From positions 42,925 through 106,924 of the IMG/VR virus record IMGVR_UViG_3300042268_000478: a stretch of DNA of 64,000 bases, one strand, 5' to 3'. A program made the translations under genes and the position numbers. This stretch comes from a virus. Lineage: Duplodnaviria; Caudoviricetes. Under the pieces are notes generated by a model that was not told where the DNA came from, made no database searches, and saw nothing but the letters and a program-made list of their open reading frames with translations. Positions 9,058 through 18,868 of this stretch are shown piece after piece (the stretch's first letter is position 1; every line of letters begins with the position of its first letter).

Positions 9058-10580
9058 GCATGGCAAAAATTCCATTTAAATTCAACCCGCTTGGCTGTAA
9101 AAATCTGACGGTCAACTCTGCTCGATACGGTACGGCTGGAGTGTTCAACTACCTTTCAAACGGACGTTGCAATCAGAGCGCGATGCAGATTTCAGGGACG
9201 GTTTTGCTGTCTCATCGGGTCTATTCGCAGTATCTGTTTTCAGGCGGCACGGCGACTCAAACCGAGATTAACTATGGCGCAAGACAGTACGTCAGCGGCG
9301 GCACGGCGATCAGCGCGGCGGTCAATTCAAACGGATATCAATATGTTTATTCAGGCGGCGCGACGCAGGAAGCCAAGGTCAATTACAGCGGACGCAAGAT
9401 TGTCAGCAACGGCGGCACGGCGGTAAGTGCGCAGGTTGCTTCGCGTGGTTACATGAGCGTTTGTTCAGGCGGTCAAGCCCACGGCGCAGTAGTCAGTTAC
9501 GGCGGTTATATCTATTTGAGCAACGGCGCTTACGCGAGCGGAGTTGAGATTAAATCCAACGGTAGCGTGTACCTCAACGGCGATTGTGAAGCGATCGACA
9601 CCATAATTTCAAGCGGTGCGCAGTTTATCGTCAACAACAGCCAGCGGGCAAATGGCGTAAATGTTCAGAGCCAAGGCAGATTTTATGTATCGTCGGGCGG
9701 TACTGCTTTGAATGTCAGTGCGCAACCCAACTCCTACATTATCGCCGGAATTTACGGCTATGATGAACGGACGGTAGTCGATGGTTCGCACGAATCCGGC
9801 GCATTCAGCTTGAGCGATGGGGTTGCAAATAACTGGCTGATTTACGGCGACCGCCAGTATGTCTATTACGGTGGGACGGCAATTTCAACCACGCTTCATT
9901 CGGGCGGCTCGCAGGTGGTTTCATTCGGCGGCGTTGCCAGCGATACCATCGCCAATTCCTACGGCAGATTATATGTCTACAGCTCGGGAACGGCGAAAAA
10001 TCCAATCGTTAGTTCGGGCGGTTACATGGAACTTCAGCAAGGCGGCATCGGCGAAAATATCACGCTTGAAAGCTATGCGTCGATGGGAGTTTATCAATTT
10101 TCGTTCGCTTCCGGCACGGTGATGTCCAGCCGCTCGTATCAGTATGTTTCGCTTGGAGCGTCATCGGTTGATGCAGTGATTATGTCGGGTGCGACCCAGT
10201 TTATTTCACAGGCATCTTATGCCAGCGGCACGGTGATTTCAAGCGGCGGTTATCAGGTGCTGTCTTACGGTGGGCAAGCCTACGACACAGTAATCTCGCC
10301 GGGCGGTCAGCAACGGATTTCGCACTACTGCACCGCAGGAGGATTGTCGGTATGTTCAGGCGGTCGCGGCTATTGCTACAGCCAAAGCGTCGCCAACTCC
10401 GTGACCATCGACGAGGGCGGCTACTATGACCTTGGTGCACACTGCAAAGGCTCGATTTATCACGTCGCTTTGGGAGGGACATTGAACGTCGGCAACAATG
10501 CCAGTGCTTTGGCGGTGACATCCGAAGCTGGAGCAGTAGTCAACAGCGGAACAAGTTCATTTATCGAATACACAACATAA
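9054..10580 (+). CDS. AIDA-I/TibA-like beta-helix repeat protein lacking signal peptide and autotransporter barrel
   Basis: Many ~19-aa repeats of the type V.SGG.Q.V.SGG.A..T plus an AIDA-type GAFSLSDGVANN insert; ends …SFIEYTT with no barrel; ATG at 9060 may be the true start. Confidence 0.85.
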   Translation: MSMAKIPFKFNPLGCKNLTVNSARYGTAGVFNYLSNGRCNQSAMQISGTVLLSHRVYSQYLFSGGTATQTEINYGARQYVSGGTAISAAVNSNGYQYVYSGGATQEAKVNYSGRKIVSNGGTAVSAQVASRGYMSVCSGGQAHGAVVSYGGYIYLSNGAYASGVEIKSNGSVYLNGDCEAIDTIISSGAQFIVNNSQRANGVNVQSQGRFYVSSGGTALNVSAQPNSYIIAGIYGYDERTVVDGSHESGAFSLSDGVANNWLIYGDRQYVYYGGTAISTTLHSGGSQVVSFGGVASDTIANSYGRLYVYSSGTAKNPIVSSGGYMELQQGGIGENITLESYASMGVYQFSFASGTVMSSRSYQYVSLGASSVDAVIMSGATQFISQASYASGTVISSGGYQVLSYGGQAYDTVISPGGQQRISHYCTAGGLSVCSGGRGYCYSQSVANSVTIDEGGYYDLGAHCKGSIYHVALGGTLNVGNNASALAVTSEAGAVVNSGTSSFIEYTT

Positions 10581-10588
10581 GGACAAAA

Positions 10589-11824
10589 ATGCAAAATCTA
10601 ACCATAAAATGCGGTGCGCAGCCAAGCGCACCAGAGGTACGACAGCCTCCAGTCTTTGCGCCGCCGCCTGAACAGCTCACGCAAGAAGCGGTTGAGGAAA
10701 TCAGATTTGATTATAATGACGGCGTGAGGGTTTCGTTTCCCAAATCGGGCAAGTACCGCTGTATGCTGACTGATATGGACAGCGGGGCGGTAGTCTATAA
10801 CATGGACGTTGAACCGGGGGTAACCGTTGCGAGTGTGAAGAAGTTTTTTGTGCCGTACAGAATCGATATTTTTGGAACTAAATCCAAGAAAAACGTGTTT
10901 TTTCACGACTTTAATCCGAAAAACAGAGATGTGCTGGTGCAAATCCCAATCGGGACGCTCGGCGACACTATTGCCTGGTTTTCCTACGTCGAGCGTTTTC
11001 AGCAAAAACATCAATGCCGATTACATGTGTCGATGGCTCCTTGGATTGCGGAGATTTTCAAGACTCAATATCCCGATATTCACTTCATTACGATGGATGA
11101 GGCTGCAAAACTCAAGCCGTATGCAACCATCAATCTCGGGCTGTTTTTTCAGGACAACACAGATAATCAGCCGGTTGATTTTCGTCAGGCAGGCTTGCAT
11201 AAAACCGCCGGGTGCATTCTCGGGCTGGATGACCTATCAGAAGTACCACCAAGGGTGGATTTGTCAGCGCTACGCTCAATCAAAGAGCCGTATGTGGTGA
11301 TAGCGACGCAAGCAAGCAGTCAGGCAAAATACTGGAACAACCCCAACGGCTGGCACGAGGTCATCGCTTATCTGAAATCTAAAGGCTACCGGGTGCTGTG
11401 CATCGACAAAAATCGAGTCTGCGGCGCCGGTGTGGTGTGGAATCATATTCCGCATGGGGCTGAGGACTTTACAGGCGATTTGCCGTTGCAGAAGCGCATT
11501 AATCTTATCAAAGATGCCGACATGTTCATCGGCTTGAGTTCGGGATTGAGCTGGTTGGCGTGGTGCTGCAAAGTTCCGGTACTGCTCATCAGCGGATTTA
11601 CCGCCGAAAACAACGAATTTCACACGCCGTACCGGGTAATAAACCATCGTGTCTGCCATTCCTGCTGGAACGATATGCGCTGCGATTTCGACCACTTCGA
11701 CTTTCTGTGGTGTCCGCGCCACAAGAACACCGAACGGCAATTCGAATGCACAAAATTCATCACGCCGAAAATGGTAATCGATAAAATTAAAATCATCAAA
11801 CACGGAGGCAAATCATGCAAATAG
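10589..11824 (+). CDS. tibC: Autotransporter O-heptosyltransferase (Aah/TibC, BAHT family)
   Basis: RFDYNDGVRV N-terminal region, catalytic GTLGD, QAKYWNNP, FIGLSSGLSWLAW, and iron-finger CHSCWND…WCPRH…QFEC all intact. Confidence 0.93.
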   Translation: MQNLTIKCGAQPSAPEVRQPPVFAPPPEQLTQEAVEEIRFDYNDGVRVSFPKSGKYRCMLTDMDSGAVVYNMDVEPGVTVASVKKFFVPYRIDIFGTKSKKNVFFHDFNPKNRDVLVQIPIGTLGDTIAWFSYVERFQQKHQCRLHVSMAPWIAEIFKTQYPDIHFITMDEAAKLKPYATINLGLFFQDNTDNQPVDFRQAGLHKTAGCILGLDDLSEVPPRVDLSALRSIKEPYVVIATQASSQAKYWNNPNGWHEVIAYLKSKGYRVLCIDKNRVCGAGVVWNHIPHGAEDFTGDLPLQKRINLIKDADMFIGLSSGLSWLAWCCKVPVLLISGFTAENNEFHTPYRVINHRVCHSCWNDMRCDFDHFDFLWCPRHKNTERQFECTKFITPKMVIDKIKIIKHGGKSCK

Positions 11825-12057
11825 ATCAGTACGGCTTTGAGGCGAGAAGCATGTTTTTTCAACGCAAACAACTCCAGCCTTACCGGGTTGTGGAGACCGC
11901 GTCGGCAACTTTTATGTGTTTCGGCGACGAACCGCAACGCCCGATTCACCGCATCACGAAAAACGGCACGGAGACCGTTGTTGAGTGGGCGTTCGGGGCG
12001 TGGAACGACAAAGAAACCCTTGCTTATGTGCCAATCAATCAAACCTTGGAGGTGTAG
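11815..12057 (+). CDS. Hypothetical protein
   Basis: GGAGG SD; overlaps heptosyltransferase stop. Confidence 0.6.
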   Translation: MQIDQYGFEARSMFFQRKQLQPYRVVETASATFMCFGDEPQRPIHRITKNGTETVVEWAFGAWNDKETLAYVPINQTLEV

Positions 12058-12060
12058 AAT

Positions 12061-12549
12061 ATGGACACAAAATTCGATTCTTTGCTTGGGCAGATGCGCG
12101 AATCCGACGGTTCAGGCGGCGAAATTAACTACACCATCAACGGTCAGGAGCCAGACGAAAGCGGTAATTTTGCCGTTACGGCCGCCGGGGTCGGTGCGGC
12201 TGAGGATGTTCATGCTCACATTATCGCTGACGTTACCGGTCTGCAAAGTGCTTTGGACGACAAATCTGATGCCGAACACAGTCACGAGCTTGTTGGCTCG
12301 GTGGCGGTTGGCGGCGAAACCGTCAGCGGCGAGATTACTTTGGAGGCGTCGGACAATATTCTGTTATCCGCTTCCGGTCAGGAAATAACCATCACCGGCG
12401 AACCATATGCCGTCACCGTCGCCGCATCGATTCCCGATTCCAATACCAGTAATACCGAACCGGTCAAAATCTTTTCAGGCACGCAGGCTGACTGGGATGC
12501 TTTCACGCCCGAAAGCAACGTCCGTTATGTGGTTTTCATTCATGAATAG
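12061..12549 (+). CDS. Short tail-fibre-like protein (HxH repeat)
   Basis: TINGQEPDESGNF and HAHIIADVTGLQSALDDK…HSH fibre motifs. Confidence 0.7.
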   Translation: MDTKFDSLLGQMRESDGSGGEINYTINGQEPDESGNFAVTAAGVGAAEDVHAHIIADVTGLQSALDDKSDAEHSHELVGSVAVGGETVSGEITLEASDNILLSASGQEITITGEPYAVTVAASIPDSNTSNTEPVKIFSGTQADWDAFTPESNVRYVVFIHE

Positions 12550-12555
12550 GGAGGC

Positions 12556-12990
12556 GTGATGCTTTACACAATAAACAATATTTACCCGGATATGAATTTC
12601 GCCTTTACCTTGACCGCGGGGACTTTGGGACTGGCTCCGCTGGCGCATACTCACGGCATTGGCGATATAAGCCAGCTTGCCGACGAACTTAACGGTAAAG
12701 CTGATGGCGGGCATCAGCACGAGGCGGTTCCGGCAGTAATCGTCGACCGGGATCGGTTGACTGGGAATATAACTCTAACCGGCGCTGGTTCAGTCGCCGC
12801 AAATAAATCGGGTTCAATTATAACCATCGCTTCAGCCCCGGCTCAATCCGGCAATGTCGCGGCGTTCCGCAACGCCAATCCGGCAAGACGGCACACCATG
12901 CTCAAACTCTTTTTCGGCGACTGCCGCAGCATCGACAGCGATTCAGAAAACTTAATTTTTACGGAGGACAGCAATGCTCCAGCATCTTGA
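12556..12990 (+). CDS. Short tail-fibre-like protein (HxH repeat), paralog of upstream gene
   Basis: HTHGIGDISQLADELNGK…HQH; colinear with 12061..12549. Confidence 0.65.
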   Translation: MMLYTINNIYPDMNFAFTLTAGTLGLAPLAHTHGIGDISQLADELNGKADGGHQHEAVPAVIVDRDRLTGNITLTGAGSVAANKSGSIITIASAPAQSGNVAAFRNANPARRHTMLKLFFGDCRSIDSDSENLIFTEDSNAPAS

Positions 12991-15900
12991 CAAACAGCGG
13001 GGAACAGGTATAAAAAATCTCTTGCTCGCTAACGACGCCAATGAAACCACGGTAAAAAAAGTGCTTTCATACACTTCTGCCGAAGGCGAAAAACAGCTCT
13101 GGCCAAACGCGCCGACGCATCTGCGTATTGAGTCAAATTACGATGACTCGACCGCCGTCAGAATCGAAAACGGCAAAATCTATGGTCATCCGGTAATTGA
13201 TCCGGGCAGCGACCTTTACAAGCCGTTGGAAATCACCGTCACGCCGTTCCCCATAAATTCCGCATGGACGCTGGAAGCGGAGAATTTCGACCTTGGGCAA
13301 CACGCCGGTAAAATGTTCCACGGTAAACAAACCGTCACTTTTGATGTGTCTGTACCGTCCGTCGTCGGGCATTTTCTGCACCGGATCAGCGCCGTGCCGA
13401 ACGCCGGTGAAGCAGAACGAGCCGTTTTCAGTTTCTGGAGCGTGAAGTTTTCCGAATCCGCACTGATCCCTAAACACTGGTGGAGTTTTGATGACGAAAC
13501 CCTTGCAGACCAGGTTGGAAACATGCCGCTGGTCAAGGAGACCACCGAGGGGACGACCACCTACACCGACGGAGTAAGGCGCAAGGCGTTGCAGGCTATT
13601 TACGTCAACGGCGCGACTGAACCAAACACCTACCGGGCTACAGTCAATCCATCCATGGCAAACGGCTTGAGCCTCAGCATGTTCGGGCAAATCAACCGGG
13701 GCGGCAGTTTTGGTTTTGTTGATTTAAATGATTACAACGCCACCAACGGCAATCATTTCGCCTTTAACTGGTATTATCGGCAACCGATTAATCTGCTTCT
13801 GGACGGATACGGCACCACGACACCGGAATCAACCGCATATGACCGCCTTGAACAAGGCGAATGGCATCATCTGGCGTTGACCATGTCGCCGCAAATTGAT
13901 TTGGCTAATCATCCCGATATTGAGGTTGACTACAGCGAAAACCAGTACGGCACAATTCGCTATGCCTCGCCGCATGTTGACTACAGCACAGAATGGGTCT
14001 GTGATTATTACAACAATTATTTAACACAGGAGTTTTACCTGGCGAAGTTCTATATTGACGGCGTGCTTCATTCCGAAAAGCTCATGAGCTTTTGGCCTGG
14101 AGGTTTCAATACTCCCGGCAACGGCGTGATAACATTAGATTTCAACAATTCTAATGAACAGGACGGTTATTATCCTGACCGAGTCGATGAACTTAAAGTC
14201 TTTGAACATGAGTTGTCGTTAGCGGAAATCCGCGGCGAATGTTCGTTGATTGGCTTGCAGTTTGAGAGCGACAACCCGACCGAGGGCGGCGGTGTAACTG
14301 TAGAGCCAATCGAACGCTCCGGGCGCAGTCGCGACGGCGAACCACCGGACATTGCCGCCGTGCCGCTGGACTGTCGACTCAAGGCGTTTGTGATTGACAA
14401 TCAGACCATCGCCGTCGGCGGCAACTTCCGCGATTTTTTCCTTGAGCGGCTGGAGACGGAGTTTCCTAACCTTGACGCGACCGAGTTCAATTTTCGCAAT
14501 GGTTTTTCGCACCGCTGGAGCCGGGACTTCAACTACCTCTATAATATGTGGGAGCTGTACCGCGACTATCAGCCGTTAATTGTTGCGGCGATGGACGATG
14601 CAAGCAACTGGTCGGTTGACAACTCACCGGTGACGATGCTCGGGCGCTGGCAGAACTCCACCGGGCTGATGCGCTTCGGCGACGCTTACGACGGCACGGA
14701 CGTTGTCACCACCGATTGCGCCGATATTGTTCATTTTGCCTACTTGCGTTTGCCGCAGCCAATGACCGAGGAGAGTTCACATGCAGTGGATTGGAACGGC
14801 AATCAGCTTGATTTTAGCTATTCGCGCGATAAAGCGGCAAGCAGCATCAAGGTGAATCAGGAGGGCTATCTACCCGAGGCCAGGCGCAAGTACGCCTACT
14901 TTGGCACATGGCTCGGAACCGGAGGCGCGTATCAACATTCGTTGAACGATCTGACCTTTCATTTAGTTCCGGTCGGCTCGACAATTCCGGCGTTCACCGG
15001 AACGATGACCAGGCGTAACACCGCTGAAACCCACACGCAGGGCGACGTGACTTTCCAGCTTACCGGCGAGGAAACTTACGTCTGCGATTTTTCCGCATTT
15101 CAAACCGAGGGTGATTATCAAATCCATATCCCGTCGGTCGGCTACAGCCATGTGTTCAAAGTCGGCAAAGCCGCTCTCGGCAAGGCGTTCTGGACGCATT
15201 GCCGGGGCATGTTCCATCAGCGTTCGGGCTGTGATTCGGTGGTCAATCCGTACACAAACTGGGAGTTTCCTGGAGCGGCACACTACTGGACGTGGGAGTC
15301 GAATTTCATCTGCGACGACCAGAGTTACAACAACTGCGCCACGGTCGACGGCACGACCTACGGCGAAATATTCCCGCAACGGCATTTTTCAATGATTCCG
15401 AATAACGTCACCGGCAAACTTTACCGCGATTTGCGCGGCGGCTGGTTCGACGCGGCCGACTTTGACCGCAGGCCCTACCACTTCTACTGCGTCCGGGATT
15501 TGGTTGAGGCGTATTTGCGCTTTCCGCAGAATTTCACCGACAGCCAGCTTGACCTGCCCGAAAGCGGCGACGGCATACCCGACGTCCTTTCGGAAGCTGA
15601 ATGGGGCTTGGACGTCTGGCGTCGGGCGCAGAAAACCAACGGTGGCGTGGCCTGCTGGATTGAGGCAGACGGACACGAATCAGGCTGGCCGTGGGAGTCG
15701 GATAGAAAGTATTACATCGGCATGCCGAACCGTAAGGACTCGTTGGAGTACGCTCAATGCGCTGCCAAGTTTGCCCGCGCTTTGCGGCTTGCCGGTACTC
15801 CGTCGGCATTGGCCAAGGCCGACGTTTACACCGAATCGGCCGTCAGGGCGTTTAACTTCGGTATTAATCCGGTCAACGCCGCCACGCTGGAGTTTACTCA

Positions 15901-16882
15901 AACCAACAGCTCAAACAGTCAGTTTGACTTCAGCTACACCGAAGCGGCGGAGCGCGCCGACTGGCATATCGTTCCCGCCGCTGCGGCATTGCTGGCGCTG
16001 ACCCGCGAGCCGAGGTTCGCCAAACATGTCACCGAATCGGCATGGGACAATTATTTCAGCTCATTGCAAGGCGATGAGAATAATTTTGCTCAGCGATGCT
16101 GTACGGAACTGCTGTTTGATTTGACGGCGAATTTCCCGGACTATTCAAAGGCTCTGCGTGAGTTTATCATCGCCAAGGCCGACCAGTGGCAAGGCTATCA
16201 GGAGCAGCAACCGTATTTCGAGATGAACTGGCCGCCGAACCATCAATTTTACCAGTATGTAAGTTGGGGCGTGGGACATCCTGAAAAGCGCGGCAAAGCC
16301 TTTATCTACGCATGGCTGGTGACCGGCGACGACTCGTACCGGGACTCGGCGTTGCTGGCGATGGACAACTTTGCTGGGTGCAACCCGATGGGCAGGAGTT
16401 TGACCACCGGGCTTGGGAAAGTGTCGCCGATTCATTTCCTCAACAGTTGGTTGCCTCGGGCTGAAATTGAACTCGGATTGCACGAACCGGTGCCGGGCAT
16501 TACGCCGTATACCTATATCGGCGACGGCGCAGGCAAAAGCACATCGCACGGGTTCTGTTTGTGGAAAGGCGCGAGGACGGATTTTGGTTTCGACGAAATG
16601 ACCCAAAACATCCTGCCCGGTGGCTACAGCCAAACGGTCGCGCCGTCGCGCGGCAACGTCGCCCAGTGGTTGCAAATCAACTGGCCGTTGTGGCGGCACG
16701 TGTTCGAGCTTGAGGCGTACAATGTCGCCCAAAGCGAATTCACAGTCAGTGAGACCGTCAGCGGTAAAGCCTTTATGGCCGGATGCCTGATGGGCAGCGG
16801 CGTTACGCCCGATCCGGCATGGAAAACCGCCAGCCCGGCAACCGAAAGATACGAGCCGGAAGGCTTGGTCTATTTACCATAA
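12974..16882 (+). CDS. LamG/ConA-like + Ig-like + glycoside hydrolase family 9 protein (putative tail depolymerase)
   Basis: HWWSFDD, GEWHHLALT, VDELKVF (LamG); IKVNQEGYLP (CelD-like Ig); GGWFDAAD, PESGDGIPDVLSEAEWGL, GCNPMGRS..TGLG, SEFTV (GH9). Confidence 0.85.
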   Translation: MLQHLDKQRGTGIKNLLLANDANETTVKKVLSYTSAEGEKQLWPNAPTHLRIESNYDDSTAVRIENGKIYGHPVIDPGSDLYKPLEITVTPFPINSAWTLEAENFDLGQHAGKMFHGKQTVTFDVSVPSVVGHFLHRISAVPNAGEAERAVFSFWSVKFSESALIPKHWWSFDDETLADQVGNMPLVKETTEGTTTYTDGVRRKALQAIYVNGATEPNTYRATVNPSMANGLSLSMFGQINRGGSFGFVDLNDYNATNGNHFAFNWYYRQPINLLLDGYGTTTPESTAYDRLEQGEWHHLALTMSPQIDLANHPDIEVDYSENQYGTIRYASPHVDYSTEWVCDYYNNYLTQEFYLAKFYIDGVLHSEKLMSFWPGGFNTPGNGVITLDFNNSNEQDGYYPDRVDELKVFEHELSLAEIRGECSLIGLQFESDNPTEGGGVTVEPIERSGRSRDGEPPDIAAVPLDCRLKAFVIDNQTIAVGGNFRDFFLERLETEFPNLDATEFNFRNGFSHRWSRDFNYLYNMWELYRDYQPLIVAAMDDASNWSVDNSPVTMLGRWQNSTGLMRFGDAYDGTDVVTTDCADIVHFAYLRLPQPMTEESSHAVDWNGNQLDFSYSRDKAASSIKVNQEGYLPEARRKYAYFGTWLGTGGAYQHSLNDLTFHLVPVGSTIPAFTGTMTRRNTAETHTQGDVTFQLTGEETYVCDFSAFQTEGDYQIHIPSVGYSHVFKVGKAALGKAFWTHCRGMFHQRSGCDSVVNPYTNWEFPGAAHYWTWESNFICDDQSYNNCATVDGTTYGEIFPQRHFSMIPNNVTGKLYRDLRGGWFDAADFDRRPYHFYCVRDLVEAYLRFPQNFTDSQLDLPESGDGIPDVLSEAEWGLDVWRRAQKTNGGVACWIEADGHESGWPWESDRKYYIGMPNRKDSLEYAQCAAKFARALRLAGTPSALAKADVYTESAVRAFNFGINPVNAATLEFTQTNSSNSQFDFSYTEAAERADWHIVPAAAALLALTREPRFAKHVTESAWDNYFSSLQGDENNFAQRCCTELLFDLTANFPDYSKALREFIIAKADQWQGYQEQQPYFEMNWPPNHQFYQYVSWGVGHPEKRGKAFIYAWLVTGDDSYRDSALLAMDNFAGCNPMGRSLTTGLGKVSPIHFLNSWLPRAEIELGLHEPVPGITPYTYIGDGAGKSTSHGFCLWKGARTDFGFDEMTQNILPGGYSQTVAPSRGNVAQWLQINWPLWRHVFELEAYNVAQSEFTVSETVSGKAFMAGCLMGSGVTPDPAWKTASPATERYEPEGLVYLP

Positions 16883-16904
16883 TAACCAACAAAATGGAGG
16901 ATTT

Positions 16905-17327
16905 ATGAATCGTTTCCAAGAAATCAAACGGCTCATCGTATTTGCGGATGAACTCCGGCTTGACAACCGTGTGATTGTCCGCAAGTATCGCAATTATGAG
17001 CTTGCGTCAATCTACAACGGCATCGGGCCGGACGCATTCCCCGATTGGCTTCGGGGGTTGATAACCGGACTGCATCCAACGCTGGCAGTCGTAGCGTTCA
17101 TCCACGATATAGAGTGGCACGAATCAGACGGATCGGAGGAGAAGTTCACCGAATCCAACCGCCGTTTCAAGGCCAACGGCTACAAGGCTGCCAAAGCCTT
17201 GCATGGCTGGTGGAACCCGCGGCGCTACCTGGTCATGAATCAGGCACGAAAGTTCGGCAATCTCTGCCAATGGTTCGGCTGGTTCGGCTGGCTTGAAGCA
17301 CAAAACAAAACCAATGGAGGAAAGTAA
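16905..17327 (+). CDS. Hypothetical protein, DUF1353/phospholipase-A2-like HD motif
   Basis: NGIGP…AFIHD pattern; GGAGG SD; lies at the lysis-module position. Confidence 0.45.
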   Translation: MNRFQEIKRLIVFADELRLDNRVIVRKYRNYELASIYNGIGPDAFPDWLRGLITGLHPTLAVVAFIHDIEWHESDGSEEKFTESNRRFKANGYKAAKALHGWWNPRRYLVMNQARKFGNLCQWFGWFGWLEAQNKTNGGK

Positions 17328-17329
17328 AC

Positions 17330-17704
17330 ATGTTCAAAATCATCATCACACTTAGTCTTATCATAGTTATCACGGGATGTTCCCACAATGTTTCAACTTA
17401 TTCGGACGGTGTCGGGCTTGAAACCACATTCCGGCCGGATTCGGGCAACTTCGGGATAATCCTGCGCTACGGCAAAATTTGGAACCTTGTCGCCCGCGAA
17501 AACACCGAAGCCGAAATGACAGGTTCAAATGAACTCGATGCCAAGGGCAATCCGGTAAGTGGCAAAACCGACGGCAACGTAAAAATCAAAATCGGCACGC
17601 AGACCACCGGCTACGAGCGCGACGTTATCAAACTGCTCAAGGACAACCCCGAGGCAATCAAGGCATTTTACGATTCAAAGAATCAGGTAAATTCAAAGCC
17701 CTAA
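17330..17704 (+). CDS. Lipoprotein (possible spanin/lysis accessory)
   Basis: Hydrophobic N-terminus with lipobox ITGC. Confidence 0.65.
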   Translation: MFKIIITLSLIIVITGCSHNVSTYSDGVGLETTFRPDSGNFGIILRYGKIWNLVARENTEAEMTGSNELDAKGNPVSGKTDGNVKIKIGTQTTGYERDVIKLLKDNPEAIKAFYDSKNQVNSKP

Positions 17705-17710
17705 ATCCCC

Positions 17711-17753
17711 AGTCCCGTCGTGAGCAAATCCAGTCATTGCGGGACTATTTTTT
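17711..17753 (+). terminator. Intrinsic terminator ending prophage A late operon
   Basis: AGTCCCG…CGGGACT stem followed by a T-run. Confidence 0.6.
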
Positions 17754-17919
17754 GCCCTCAGCCGTGAAATTAAAGATACTAAAATTTATATGCAAGAAAT
17801 AGCGATAATAGATGCTGTTTGAGCTTGAAACGAGTGGCTATTACCCTTGTTCACGCTAATGTAGCTACAGTACAAGGTACGATAAGCGAACCTCAAAAAA
17901 AACAAAAACGGAGAACAGC

Positions 17920-18858
17920 ATGAGCAAGCAAAAAGCAACCTTTAACGACCTGACCATCGGCGTGGAAATCGAACTGGTAGGCATCGAACGCGACACGGCC
18001 GCAGAAGCCATTAAATCGGTAGTAGGCGGCAACGTCCGCTACCTCGGCGGAGCCTACAACGCATGGAGCGTTACCGACGAAAGCAACAGAGTTTGGAAAA
18101 TAGTTAGCGACTCAAGCCTCGACGCACCGCGCCACCTGCAAGTCGAGGTCGTCAGCCCGATTTTAAAGTATGACGACATCGAAACCTTGCAGGAAGTTTT
18201 AAGAGCGTTACGCAGAGCCGGAAGTCGCACCTCACCATCGGCCGGAGTTCATATACACATTGGCCAAGAACCATTTAACGTTAAACAACTTGCGAATCTA
18301 GCCAAGATGGTCTACAAGAACGAAGAGCTTTACATCCACGCACTCGGCATCCACCGCCAGCGCATGCAGTACACCCAACGGATGAATCAACGGCTGATAG
18401 ACGAAATCACTGCCAAGCCACCGAAAACCATCGAAGACCTCAACAAAGCAATTTACGGCTACTACAACGACTGCCCAGAGCATTACAACAGCGCAAGGTA
18501 CTCTATCCTCAACCTCCATGCCGCCATTACCGGCCCCACGATAGAATTTAGAGCTGCGAATTCAACCTTGCACAGCGGTAAATTACGCTCATATATATTA
18601 CTAGTTATGAGCCTCGCACTAAAAGCCTTAAATTCTAAATGCGCCTCCAGCAAGAAAAAGGCATTTAACGAGGAGAGTGCCCGATATGACATGAGAGTTA
18701 TACTACTCAACCTTGGCTGGAAAAATTCACCTATTTTCAAGAATCCGCGCAAACATCTTTTAGCCAACATGCCCGGTAGCTCAGCCTTTAAAACTCAAGC
18801 CCAAGCCGATAAACACGCCGCCAAGTACGCCGCCAAGCGTCGGGCTGAAAAACAGTAG
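17920..18858 (+). CDS. Amidoligase enzyme (COOH-NH2 ligase type 2)
   Basis: GVEIE, WKIVSDSS, EVVSPIL, GVHIHIG, RY..LNL, TIEFR motifs. Confidence 0.9.
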   Translation: MSKQKATFNDLTIGVEIELVGIERDTAAEAIKSVVGGNVRYLGGAYNAWSVTDESNRVWKIVSDSSLDAPRHLQVEVVSPILKYDDIETLQEVLRALRRAGSRTSPSAGVHIHIGQEPFNVKQLANLAKMVYKNEELYIHALGIHRQRMQYTQRMNQRLIDEITAKPPKTIEDLNKAIYGYYNDCPEHYNSARYSILNLHAAITGPTIEFRAANSTLHSGKLRSYILLVMSLALKALNSKCASSKKKAFNEESARYDMRVILLNLGWKNSPIFKNPRKHLLANMPGSSAFKTQAQADKHAAKYAAKRRAEKQ

Positions 18859-18868
18859 GAGGTAGCCA

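Noticed and set aside
9054-10580. Complete or frameshifted autotransporter
   Set aside because: No signal peptide, and no barrel-encoding sequence downstream; the heptosyltransferase starts 8 bp after the stop
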